A stretch of 64,000 nt of DNA. It comes from a virus. Both the position numbers and the translations under genes were made by a program. The stretch spans positions 3,705-67,704 of IMG/VR virus record IMGVR_UViG_3300050192_000013. One strand, 5' to 3'. Every line of letters starts with the position of its first letter. Within the stretch, counting starts at the first letter, position 1. Shown in pieces: positions 45,820 to 55,800 of the stretch. Under the pieces are notes generated by a model that was given only the letters and a program-made list of their open reading frames with translations, was not told the origin of the DNA and searched no databases.

Positions 45820-48800
45820 ATGGGCGACTTCGGACCATTAGAGTTAAAAATACCGGTTTCCGTTCCTGGCATGGCTGAGTTTGAGAAACTCGGCACCACC
45901 ACGGATTCTCAGACGGATAGGACCAAGCGTCTATCTGCCGCGCTGCAGGACTACCTCGCCAAGCAACAGAACGTTATCTCCGCACAGAAGACCTACGCCG
46001 AGCAACAGGCAAAGACGGCAGAGTTAACAGAGAAGTACTGGGACCAACAGACAGCCGCTATGCGCCGGATGAACACAGCGCATGAAGCCGCCATTAAGGA
46101 ACAGGCAAAACGCGAAGAGGATCTAGCCAAGAAACGCGAGTCTGCCAATCAGGCGCAGGCTGATTCGATCCAGAGATGGATTACTAACCCGATGGCTGCT
46201 GCTGGCGACGCGGCCAAGAACTTCGCCCTCCGTTTCGGCGAGGCGGGCATACAGGCCGTTGGGGCCGTGGTTGGCGTTGCTGCGCTTGGAGCGGCAATCT
46301 TCAAGTTGACGAGTGAGGTATCCCAATACGCCAGGGAACAATCCAACTTAGCGGCCAGTACCGGCATGAGCGTCGGTGAAGTGCAAAAATTTTCGCGCAT
46401 GGCGGAAATCGCCGGTGTTCCCGTCACTGGGCTGATGCGTGCCGTGCGGCAAATGTCGCAGGCGATGGCCGATGGAGGAGAAGAGGGAAAGAAGCAACAA
46501 AAAGCACTACGCGAACTAGGGGTCGATTATCAGAAGTTCGGCGATGACGTAGGGTCGCTATTTGAGGAGACCGCGCGCAAACTGCAAGCGATGCCGCAGG
46601 GCGGCGAAAAGAACTGGATCGCGCAAGTTCTGGGATTTGGCGGACGTGGGGGCGCTGGCTCGATAATGCCAGTAATCAACCAGTTCTCGGACCTAGAACA
46701 AAAAATCCATGGCGTAATGACCGACGCCGATATCCAGCGAGCCACGTTGTACGCGCAGAAAGTTAGCGAGCTAGGACAGTGGGTTGACCAGTTAAAGCAA
46801 AAACTGGCAATGCCATTTATTCTGGATATCACGTTCCGCGATGGGCCTGCGTTAGGTTTATTGCGTAAGTTGGGGTTCGGATATCCAACAAGTAACGTCC
46901 CGACCAACGATCCCCATGCGATTGGATATGCTGGGAGTGGCGCAAAATCAGCAGGCGGATACCCTGATTATTTGGTTACGGATAGCGCAGCCAATGACAC
47001 TATTGAAATCCCTGTAACGAAAAGCAATGCTGATTTGCGCGCTGCCGCGTTGGCCGCATCGGCGACAGCAACGCAGGCACGCATCAAGCAGTTGCTTGCA
47101 ACGGAAGCGCAGCGCGGTGGCCGGGATAGCCAGATCGGACAACTCCAGGCGCATCTTTCGACCATACCCTCATATGAATCATTAAGTGCGGATGCTGTGC
47201 GCCGGGACGTAAGCAAGGATGTGCAAGACAGACAGCAGACCGAGGCTAAGATTCGTGGCATTCAGGCGGCTGTAAAGGCCGAAGAGAAATTGGCGGAAGC
47301 CCGTAAGCAAGCCACTGCGTGGACCGAACGTGCTAAAGAGGCCGAAGACAAGGCCGGGAACCGCACACCGCTTGAGCGCCGGATGGGAGAGTATACCGCA
47401 ATAGAAGACCAACGCAAAGCGCGGATGGCAGAACTTCAGAAAACATTTCCGGGTGGTGTCCCTGCTGATTTACAGCAGAGCGCCACGAACGCGGCGTTGA
47501 TGGAACAGGCCGGAAGCATCAAAAAATACAACGAAGCAATCGCAAAGGCGACCGATGAAATAAATAAACTGTACAGCAAGATGCAGTTCGATGTCACGGA
47601 GGAAGCCAAGCAGGGGCTAACTAAAAACCTGAAAGACTTCTCCATCGACCATCCATTGATAAGCCGCATGCTTGAAGACGCTACTCCGACTGCTCCGTAC
47701 ATTCCCGGAATGGATACCCAGGATCGTATTAAGCGGTTACAGATAGCCAGCGGCGCGCAGTTGAAATTCGCCCAAATGCGAACAGCTACCGAAGGTGGCA
47801 GAATCGGCCTGTCGCAGTCGATGGATGACGAGGAAGCCAAGAAGGTATACGACCTTCAGAAGCAATACAACGATACCGTACTTGAAGGCCAGAATCGACA
47901 ACGCGCAAACGAGAAAGCGCTGGAGGAGTTACAGGACCGCCGTTACTCGAACGCCATCAAGTATGAAGAGCAGATGGCGGATTTGCGGCTCAAGCAGGAG
48001 CAGGAATTTGCCAGCAAGGGCGTTGAACTATTTCACGCACTGACAACAGGTCACGGTGCATCGTTCGTTCGTGGGCAGGCCGTCCACATGGGCGATACTG
48101 TGATGAGCAACTTCCTACAGCAATATATTGCCCCCACCGCGTTAAAGATGATTCCGCAAGCGGGCGAAGGATTCCTTGGTAATCTACTTAAAGGCACGCC
48201 GTTCGCGATGGGTAGGGATGACCCGGCGATGGCGGCTAAGGACAACGCGGAGAAGATAAAGGAAAACAGCGACAAGACGGCGTTCAATACTAGCTCGATG
48301 GACCAATTGAACGCCCAAATCGCCACGATGGTTAGCCTGTTCGGCGGTACTCCGTCCAACGTGCCGACCGATGCAAGCGCCAATTTAAGCCCGCTCAGCA
48401 CGGCGCTAGGCGGTCCCGCGACGCTGGCCGGAGCCGTCATAGGGACGCTAGGACTAGGGAGCGCGGGTCTCGGCGGCACAGCGGGCGCGCTAGGGGCCAC
48501 AGCGTCGAATCTGACGGGTGGGCCAACCAGCATGATTGGCTCGATACTGAAGTCGGTGGGACTGGGCGGTTCTCCGTCCACTGGCGCGTCCGGTTCTTCC
48601 GCGCTTAGCGCCATCGCAGGATTGTTCGTCGGTGGCCCGTCCGGTACGGTCCAAGCCGGCGCACAGGCGCAGACGGACGCCATAATCAACGGCATCGTGA
48701 CAAATCCGCTTGGGTCGCCCGTAGCAATGCCGGGGATGCCTGATCTGTCCAGCAGTCCATACGGGCTGTCGTGGCCCGGAACAGACATCGATGGGGGCTG

Positions 48801-49644
48801 GGGCGCACAGGCGCTGCCGGGGATGCCTGACATATCCGGCAGCAGCCCATGGAATGCAAATAACATGGGGCCGGCATCATCTCCTAGTGGCGTTGCAGCA
48901 GCCGCTGGACTTACCGCATCGGCGTCTAGCGGTATGTCAAAAACATCCGGGGAATTCGCTAGCGGCGTAAAGGACCCAATTGGCGTGCTGTTTGGCCAGG
49001 GCGGTACCTACTCGCCCAATACCGCGCAGACAGCTGGCGCGATTGTAGGATTAGCTGGTGCTGGATTCGGCGCGTTCAAGGGTATCTCAGAAATGACCAA
49101 AGGCGGCGCGCAGAACATCGCGGGGGGACTCGGGACCACACTGATGTCCGTAGCGCCGTTGACCGGTCCAGCGGCGCCTTTCGTGATGGCCGCCGGCCTG
49201 CTATCCGACGTTGTATCGGCGGCCTTCGGTGACCCGCGCGCTAATCGCGCCAAGGATATTTCTAAAAAGTTGCAATATTCGCAATTTATGGCCCCCGAAG
49301 CGCTCAACGTCACAATGGACACGTCCGGTAATTACGCGGACTACAGCAGCAGCGGACAGGCGCGCGGATCGGACCTCAGCCCGTGGCCTATCGTGCAGCA
49401 GCCATATTATGATCCGTCTCACAGTACGTGGGTGCCCGGTAGAATCATTTCGCAGTTTGGCGGACCTTCCGGTATTACTTCCTCGCCAGCGCCTACCGTG
49501 AATATCGCGGCGTTGGATTCGCAGAGCTTCCACGATGCCATGACGCGCAATTCGGATATGCTCGAAGACGTCATGACGCACGTGGCGAGCAAGGCCAGCG
49601 GGCCGTTCCTAGGGACGCTAAGGAATCAGTTGGGGAGCGCTTAA
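45820..49644 (+). CDS. Tape measure protein
   Basis: 1274 aa, Ala/Gly/Gln-rich helical sequence, follows the chaperones. Confidence 0.92.
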   Translation: MGDFGPLELKIPVSVPGMAEFEKLGTTTDSQTDRTKRLSAALQDYLAKQQNVISAQKTYAEQQAKTAELTEKYWDQQTAAMRRMNTAHEAAIKEQAKREEDLAKKRESANQAQADSIQRWITNPMAAAGDAAKNFALRFGEAGIQAVGAVVGVAALGAAIFKLTSEVSQYAREQSNLAASTGMSVGEVQKFSRMAEIAGVPVTGLMRAVRQMSQAMADGGEEGKKQQKALRELGVDYQKFGDDVGSLFEETARKLQAMPQGGEKNWIAQVLGFGGRGGAGSIMPVINQFSDLEQKIHGVMTDADIQRATLYAQKVSELGQWVDQLKQKLAMPFILDITFRDGPALGLLRKLGFGYPTSNVPTNDPHAIGYAGSGAKSAGGYPDYLVTDSAANDTIEIPVTKSNADLRAAALAASATATQARIKQLLATEAQRGGRDSQIGQLQAHLSTIPSYESLSADAVRRDVSKDVQDRQQTEAKIRGIQAAVKAEEKLAEARKQATAWTERAKEAEDKAGNRTPLERRMGEYTAIEDQRKARMAELQKTFPGGVPADLQQSATNAALMEQAGSIKKYNEAIAKATDEINKLYSKMQFDVTEEAKQGLTKNLKDFSIDHPLISRMLEDATPTAPYIPGMDTQDRIKRLQIASGAQLKFAQMRTATEGGRIGLSQSMDDEEAKKVYDLQKQYNDTVLEGQNRQRANEKALEELQDRRYSNAIKYEEQMADLRLKQEQEFASKGVELFHALTTGHGASFVRGQAVHMGDTVMSNFLQQYIAPTALKMIPQAGEGFLGNLLKGTPFAMGRDDPAMAAKDNAEKIKENSDKTAFNTSSMDQLNAQIATMVSLFGGTPSNVPTDASANLSPLSTALGGPATLAGAVIGTLGLGSAGLGGTAGALGATASNLTGGPTSMIGSILKSVGLGGSPSTGASGSSALSAIAGLFVGGPSGTVQAGAQAQTDAIINGIVTNPLGSPVAMPGMPDLSSSPYGLSWPGTDIDGGWGAQALPGMPDISGSSPWNANNMGPASSPSGVAAAAGLTASASSGMSKTSGEFASGVKDPIGVLFGQGGTYSPNTAQTAGAIVGLAGAGFGAFKGISEMTKGGAQNIAGGLGTTLMSVAPLTGPAAPFVMAAGLLSDVVSAAFGDPRANRAKDISKKLQYSQFMAPEALNVTMDTSGNYADYSSSGQARGSDLSPWPIVQQPYYDPSHSTWVPGRIISQFGGPSGITSSPAPTVNIAALDSQSFHDAMTRNSDMLEDVMTHVASKASGPFLGTLRNQLGSA

Positions 49645-49865
49645 CGCAATGAACGTATTAAAGCGGCGTACTTTCTGCGCAACATTCGCAAACGCGCCAC
49701 ATCATCAGCGTCCCATCCGTGAAGCGCAGCTACCTCGCGTAGGGCGCTCCCCTATCCGCAGACGATAGCGTAAATCCAGGCATCGTATGGGTCGATGGAC
49801 CAGTCACGCGGAGAGAAAACAATAACGGAATGAATGCTCTCTAATGGTTCAGTTTCTACCGGCAT
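49641..49865 (-). pseudogene. Small phage gene with one in-frame TAG (49752-49754)
   Basis: MPVETEPLESIHSVIVFSPRDWSIDPYDAWIYAIVCG*GSALREVAALHGWDADDVARLRMLRRKYAALIRSLR; read manually. Confidence 0.55.
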
Positions 49866-49869
49866 ATAG

Positions 49870-50277
49870 TCAGTACGTAGCCGCAGGCATCGGCAACTTA
49901 ACCGTCTTCGTTACGACCACCTGCCCCATGGCCGCTGTGACCGCGATGCTTTTGATGACCACATTCGGCGCATCGGATACCATCCAAGGCATCAGTGAGA
50001 CGCGGTTGCCATCCACTACCGCGCTATACGGTATCGACTGCGTAGCGGTTCCGGCGTGACCGTTCAGCGAAAACGATACGGTTGCCGTGTACGAATCGAC
50101 TATCACGTCCTGGCTGGACGAGAAGAGAACCAAGACGCCAGCGGTTCCAGTGCAGAATATTCCGCCTTGGAATTGCGAAAGAGGCGGCGTGCAGCCGACC
50201 GGGAAGAATTGAAAGTTGACCTCGGCAGCGAATGCCGGGGCGATTAACAGCAGCGTGGAAAGCAGTAAACGTTTCAT
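49870..50277 (-). CDS. Secreted hypothetical protein
   Basis: MKRLLLSTLLLIAPAFA/AE signal peptide; RBS AAGGAG. Confidence 0.65.
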   Translation of the reverse strand: MKRLLLSTLLLIAPAFAAEVNFQFFPVGCTPPLSQFQGGIFCTGTAGVLVLFSSSQDVIVDSYTATVSFSLNGHAGTATQSIPYSAVVDGNRVSLMPWMVSDAPNVVIKSIAVTAAMGQVVVTKTVKLPMPAATY

Positions 50278-50372
50278 TGTGTTGCTCCTTTGATTTTAGA
50301 TGTTGATGCATTCGGTGGTGTGCTTCTGTAAGCGGCTGATAGGGATCTTGCGCTTGCACTTCGGACACTTTC

Positions 50373-50519
50373 CTATCCATTGTCCTGCGTTTTGCATTCG
50401 CAGTTCTCTACGGTTTTGCCGCAGCCGCCATCACAAAGTTCATCGCCTACATCGCCGCAATCGATACAGGTCTCGTCATGCGATTCCTTGTCACAGGTCA
50501 AACAGTAAAATCGTGGCAT
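50373..50519 (-). CDS. Small Cys-rich Zn-finger protein
   Basis: CLTC..C.DC..C..GC...NCEC; RBS AAGGAG. Confidence 0.55.
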   Translation of the reverse strand: MPRFYCLTCDKESHDETCIDCGDVGDELCDGGCGKTVENCECKTQDNG

Positions 50520-50841
50520 TGTCGTTTCTCCTTTTGAGTTTAGAATGTTGAGCCTCACGTTCTCAACTGGTGCGCGCTCCAGCTGCAAACCGTGCGCGCC
50601 GCGCTCCGCAACTGCGGAGGGCATGACTGCCGAGACAGTCAGCGGAGATCAGTTTCCACTTCTTGGATCGTCGCCGGTCAAGGCCGCAAAGGTCAGAACT
50701 TGCGGACCTTTCGGCCATTATGGCGGGCCTTTTGCTTCTGGTGGGTGCGGCGAATGAATTTGTATTGCGCAAGGAACCCCGATCAGAATCTCAGTGTTGA
50801 TTGTCATCTTTTCCTCCTACCCCTGTATCGCTGGGGGAGCG

Positions 50842-51081
50842 TTAGTTCCATCCCTCCGGCGAGTAATCGCCGTACTTATCCATTGCTTGCCTGATTCGCT
50901 CCTCCGCGCCCGCGTCCTCGTCGCGGAGGACGAACGTCGGCAGAACGAGCCGACTACTGCCCAGACACGGGCATTCGCCCGTCACATGCGGGTCGCTATC
51001 AGCACAGATATGGCCGTCATGGTGGAGCGTAGCGGAGGCAAATCGCCCACGCAAGATGTTCAGTGCTTGTTCGTTAGTCAT
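50842..51081 (-). CDS. Hypothetical protein (cassette gene)
   Basis: Start follows the repeat-embedded GAGG SD. Confidence 0.6.
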   Translation of the reverse strand: MTNEQALNILRGRFASATLHHDGHICADSDPHVTGECPCLGSSRLVLPTFVLRDEDAGAEERIRQAMDKYGDYSPEGWN

Positions 51082-51145
51082 CTCTTTTTCCTCGTACCCC
51101 TGTATCGCTGGGGGAGCGGACGGCTTCGGCTCGTCGGGCCTGGAC

Positions 51146-51394
51146 TTACGCGGACCAGGAACAGAAACCGTTACTCGTGCCAGTGACGGAGTAGCCACTC
51201 TTGCGGAGTGCATCCACGGCAGCCTGGGCTACCTCCTCCACGTCGTCGATGTCGTCTTGAGAGCGGCAGCCCACCATTTGGCTTGTTCGCGCATGGTGAT
51301 ATCTGGCGATGGCGTTGACCTCTCGCGGGGTTTCTGCGATTATCATGGCCGTGCCCACTCCGGGAGCTACTCCGTTGATGTGTACGTTTATCAT
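51146..51394 (-). CDS. Hypothetical protein (cassette gene)
   Basis: Start follows the repeat-embedded GAGG SD. Confidence 0.6.
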   Translation of the reverse strand: MINVHINGVAPGVGTAMIIAETPREVNAIARYHHARTSQMVGCRSQDDIDDVEEVAQAAVDALRKSGYSVTGTSNGFCSWSA

Positions 51395-51534
51395 TTGCTT
51401 CCCTCGTACCCCTGTATCGCTGGGGGAGCGTTAGCTCCATCCCTCCGGCGAGTAATCGCCGTACCTATCTGTACGTGCGTGGCTGTAGTTTTCATTTTCT
51501 TCTTTTCTCCTGCCCGTTTGCAGCGGGTAATTAC

Positions 51535-51563
51535 AATATCGCACGGTTGTGATCGTAACGCAA
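51535..51563 (-). promoter_or_regulatory. sigma70-like promoter for the leftward cassette island
   Basis: TTGCGT-17-(TGn)GATATT. Confidence 0.45.
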
Positions 51564-51627
51564 GAGGCGGAATGAAGATAGTAGCGAAACTTTAGCAAAA
51601 CGTGATGATTACAAAAGGAATAAAGTT

Positions 51628-51870
51628 ATGGGAACGGTAATGGAAATGCCGAAGAAGACGTACGTCGCAAAATTGCACGAGGCGCAATGGGGACCCTGCA
51701 TCCTTAAAGTGGCTGGAACTTTGGACGGATTCATCGACCTTGCTATGCCGGGCCGTACATATCCGCTAAGCCTGAGTGAAGCGCGCGCTTTAATCGCTGC
51801 GCTGAGCGGAACCATTGCCGACGTGGAAGCCAACTGCATGTACGACCGCGACAGCCTTCTGGTGAAATAA
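51628..51870 (+). CDS. Hypothetical protein
   Basis: 80-aa ORF, RBS AAGGA. Confidence 0.5.
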   Translation: MGTVMEMPKKTYVAKLHEAQWGPCILKVAGTLDGFIDLAMPGRTYPLSLSEARALIAALSGTIADVEANCMYDRDSLLVK

Positions 51871-51871
51871 A

Positions 51872-52852
51872 TTGGCGGGAATCCTACCGCTGGTCCGGGG
51901 CACGGCAACCGCTTTATATCCCCTCACGCGCAACGTTTTATACAACTCTGGCGTGAATATAGCTTGGGCTGCGTCCGAGCAGCGGTACCGCAAAATCCCG
52001 CCGCTGACAACGCTTCAGTTCGTCTATAACAATCTCACGAAGGCCGACAAAAACACCCTAACGACGTTCTTTGAGACGCAGAAGGGAATGTTCGACCCGT
52101 CCTGGTTCCTCGTGCTCGGGCTGGCTGATACGGGAACGATAAGCGCAGCATCGCACAACCTGACCATCGCGCATCGCAAGTTTCTGGGGTCTCTGGTCGT
52201 CGGCCAATCGGTTTACGTTGCTGGTGCTGGCGTGGCTGGCGCGCCACTTATCACCACCATCAGCGGTTTCACGTCGCCCACGCAGGTCACGTTGACGGCG
52301 GCGGCTTCAATCGCGGCGAGCGGGGCCGACACGCGCTGGGGCACGTACTACGGCAACATGACACTGACGGCGGATACATTCGAGGCGGTCGAGACGTTAA
52401 GCACTACGTACACCGTAAAGTTCAACGCACGGCAGACGCAGAATATGGGCGTGGCGACCCCGAGTATTGGAGCGGACTACCCGACGCTCGCGAATGGCTT
52501 GACTGCACAACGGCCATACACGCAGGCGCGAAGATTCTACACAATGATTGCGGATCAGGCATCCGGTCCAAGGTATGCGTTCGAGTACTATGATGCCGGC
52601 TTCGCCAACTTCCCGACGGGCGCATTGAGCGCATGGCAAATTCAGTATGGGGCGCTTGCAGATAATGATCTAGCGACTATTGAGAATTTCTTTCGCGGCT
52701 GCTGTGGGCGGTACGGTAGCTTTACCTTTATTGATCCAGATGACAGCGTATCGTATCCGAACTGCCGATTCGACCAAGACCAGTTAACTATTCAGATGGC
52801 GCAATATAATCTCAGCCAGGTAAGCCTGCGTGTGATTCAAACGAACGGCTAG
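51872..52852 (+). CDS. Distal tail protein (two DUF2460-like repeats with inserted beta domain)
   Basis: Two Q.P..W...Y..L...D...L..FF....G.Y..F.F.DP-type halves. Confidence 0.65.
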   Translation: MAGILPLVRGTATALYPLTRNVLYNSGVNIAWAASEQRYRKIPPLTTLQFVYNNLTKADKNTLTTFFETQKGMFDPSWFLVLGLADTGTISAASHNLTIAHRKFLGSLVVGQSVYVAGAGVAGAPLITTISGFTSPTQVTLTAAASIAASGADTRWGTYYGNMTLTADTFEAVETLSTTYTVKFNARQTQNMGVATPSIGADYPTLANGLTAQRPYTQARRFYTMIADQASGPRYAFEYYDAGFANFPTGALSAWQIQYGALADNDLATIENFFRGCCGRYGSFTFIDPDDSVSYPNCRFDQDQLTIQMAQYNLSQVSLRVIQTNG

Positions 52853-52855
52853 CCA

Positions 52856-55800
52856 ATGGCACTAACTACCGTCGCCGCGTCGAAAGAGCAATCGCCGTTA
52901 GGTTATCAGCCGCTCTGTCTTGTGACGCTCACGTCCCAGGACAACACGACGATATACCTGTGTTCGTACCCGTTAAACACGGGCGAGGGCGGATACGTTT
53001 ACGAAGGCAATAGTTACTTGGCGCGCGTCACGGCGTACAGTATCGCGGCAACACAGAGCCGCAGTGAACTTGGTATAGACAGAATCCCAAGCGTTACGCT
53101 TAAATTGGCTGATCCCGATTTCTACCTGTGGAACAACTTTGAGTTGAACTCCACGCGGGGATTCTGCGGCGCGCAACTTGTACTGATACTGATCCTAAAA
53201 GACATCAATCCAGCAGACGGCACGTTTCAGTATTCAAGCGACTCCGTACAGAAATTCGTAGGGATATGCGACTCCCCGAACCGCGAGATGGACGGCGTAA
53301 CGCTCACGCTTACGGCAACCTCGAATCACAACATGGGGAAGGTCTACCTTCCCAATTGGAGCGTCCAACAGCGATGCTCGAATGTGTTCCCAGCGACCGC
53401 CGCTCAGCGGTTGTCTGGAGCCACGGACCCGTCGAGCCAGTATTACTTCTGCGGCTACTCGCCAGACGTGACGGGAACAGACCCGGATATCGGCGGCTCC
53501 GCAGCGCGCGGCAACGAGATCGCCGGAAGCCCGTACACCGTGTGTGATTACACAAAGGCTTCCTGCGTGGCGCGTGGGATGTACACGGAAGACTCTTCCA
53601 GCCGCCAGACGGGGCGATTCTCTGGTATTCAGTGGAACCCAACCACACGCGAGGCGCGGAGTAAGTCTTACGTCACAGGCAAAAATGTAACCGTTTTCGA
53701 CGCGGCTAACGACTCCATCTTCACGTCTCGATTCCCGATGCTCTACGGGACGCAATGGGTGACTTACCCGATTAACGCGAATGAGTTAGGAGATGGCAAT
53801 AGCACTCGCGGGGAAACGGTAATATGCCAAGGCGCGATTCTTAATTACGGTGTCCAGAACGTTGTGCTAAACGGGATTATCCTGCCACAGAATCTTGGGG
53901 CTGGAAGTACCGATCCGCTTGAGCGATGGAACTACATAAACAACGAATGCGGCTCGCGCAACGGGACGGCCACGGGGGACGTTCCGTGGAACGGGCAAGG
54001 CGACCCATACGGAAATCTAGCCTGCATTGAGTGGGTAGTCTACCGTGAATTGCTGGATAGTAGCCAACTGCCCACGTTCCAGATTCTCGCAAGTGGTCCT
54101 CGTGTGTGGACCTATCAGACAATCGCCACATACAATAACGGACTTGTAACGCTTACTGGCGAGAACTTCTACGTACAGGGTGCGGGAAGTTTTATCGTCA
54201 TCATCGCTGGTAACTCCCTCTCTGCCGCAAACGGAGTATGGACAGCGACGACTTTCGCGGGCGGCCCTCCAGGGACGGTCACGCTAACCGGCGCTCCTTC
54301 CGGTACTGGCACGGGAGGCTTCATCTGTGCACAGTTGAAGACCAGTAATCCGGTGTGGATTCTAGCAGACGTAATGAAGAAGGCAAACTGGGCCGCGACT
54401 GAGTTCGACTGGAATAGTTGGTACCTCGCGGCGCTCACCTGCGACATACAGATCTCTTATTTGGATTTAACTGGCGCGACAGCAACGCACGCGGCTTATA
54501 ATTGCGGCTTCGTCATTCAGCAGCGGCGCACCGCGGCGGAAATCGTCAATATGCTTCTGCGCAGCTTCAATGCGCAGTTAGTCTACAACGCGCAGACTGG
54601 GTTACTCCAGTTAATCGTCCGGCAATCCGTAGCGGACCAGCAGCAGACAGCGATAACTGGATCAAACTACAATACGGCTGTAGGTTCGATTCACGCGGAC
54701 GGCACTTCCGGTAATGGCTATTGGGCTTACCTGTTCGATGAGACGACTATCTATCGTCCCGCGAATGATGGCCCTCCCACGTTCCGGTTATATACCCTAC
54801 CGAACGTCCAACGTCCCAACTGTATTATTGTTGCGTTCCAGGATGAAGACAATTCCTACGTTCAAGACTCTCTACGTTTGCTTGACGAAGAGGCCATGGC
54901 GCGTATCGGTGGCCCAAGCGGAACGCAGATCGAGAACGACGAGCAACTTCAGCAAATCGGCATTACAAACTTCGACCAAGCGGTACGAGTGTCGAACGTC
55001 TACATGGCCGAGCAGAACTACGGCAATCCGTACTCGCAACCGCGAGGGACGATTTATGTGGAGTTCGAGACTACGGTTCGGGGCGAGCACTTAACCAGTG
55101 GAGCAATCTTCGGGCTGAATCTCATCAACCCAGCGATATCGATGCAGAGTTTTCGAGTACTCAGCATCACGCCTACGGGGGACTATGAGCGCGTTCGCAT
55201 CGTCGCCTCGTGGCATAACGACATCTGGTATACGTGGCTATTTGGACAAGCCCCAGCGCCATTCTACAGTCAGTTGAGCCAGGGCATCCCAGCGCGGCTT
55301 CCGTTCCCGTGGCAACCATACGGAACACAGGATCTATCAACCGGAGCGACCGACTATGGCATGGGCATCGCCGTGTTGTATACACCCAACGCGGACGGTA
55401 CGGCGCTGGCGCAAATTCAGATATACGGTTGCGGCCCAGTCAATCAATTCTCGCCCGGCCTAAACCCGCCGTTATGCGACATGCAGGGCCTGTCAGCCAA
55501 TACGGGAGGCTCACTCCTAAATGGGCAGGCCGTGTATATGTTTCTGTGCGGCGTGGACTCTGCCGGACTACTGACCGCGTTGTCGCAGGCATGCACCGCT
55601 GTAATGCCAGGAACCTACGACGGGGTTACCGGAGCAAACACGGCGACCATTCCGGAGTTGTACTGGCCGACCGGCATAGTATCCTACATTCTGTTTGGCG
55701 GAAGAAGCCAGAACAGCCTCGCTGCGCAACAGACTGGAGCGGTTGTAGGTACGACGAATCCATCTAGCCTGACCATAACATCCTTGGTTAATGGAAATTA

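Larger units (their letters stand above)
50813..51469. repeat. Three 29-bp direct repeats heading small leftward genes; copies 1 and 3 extend to 68 bp
   Basis: CCTC(C/G)TACCCCTGTATCGCTGGGGGAGCG at 50813, 51090 and 51402. Extended identity 50813-50880 vs 51402-51469 has 3 mismatches. Confidence 0.95.

Noticed and set aside
50813-51430. 29-bp repeats as a CRISPR array
   Set aside because: The gaps are about 250-280 bp and contain ORFs, and the repeat lacks a CRISPR 3' handle.
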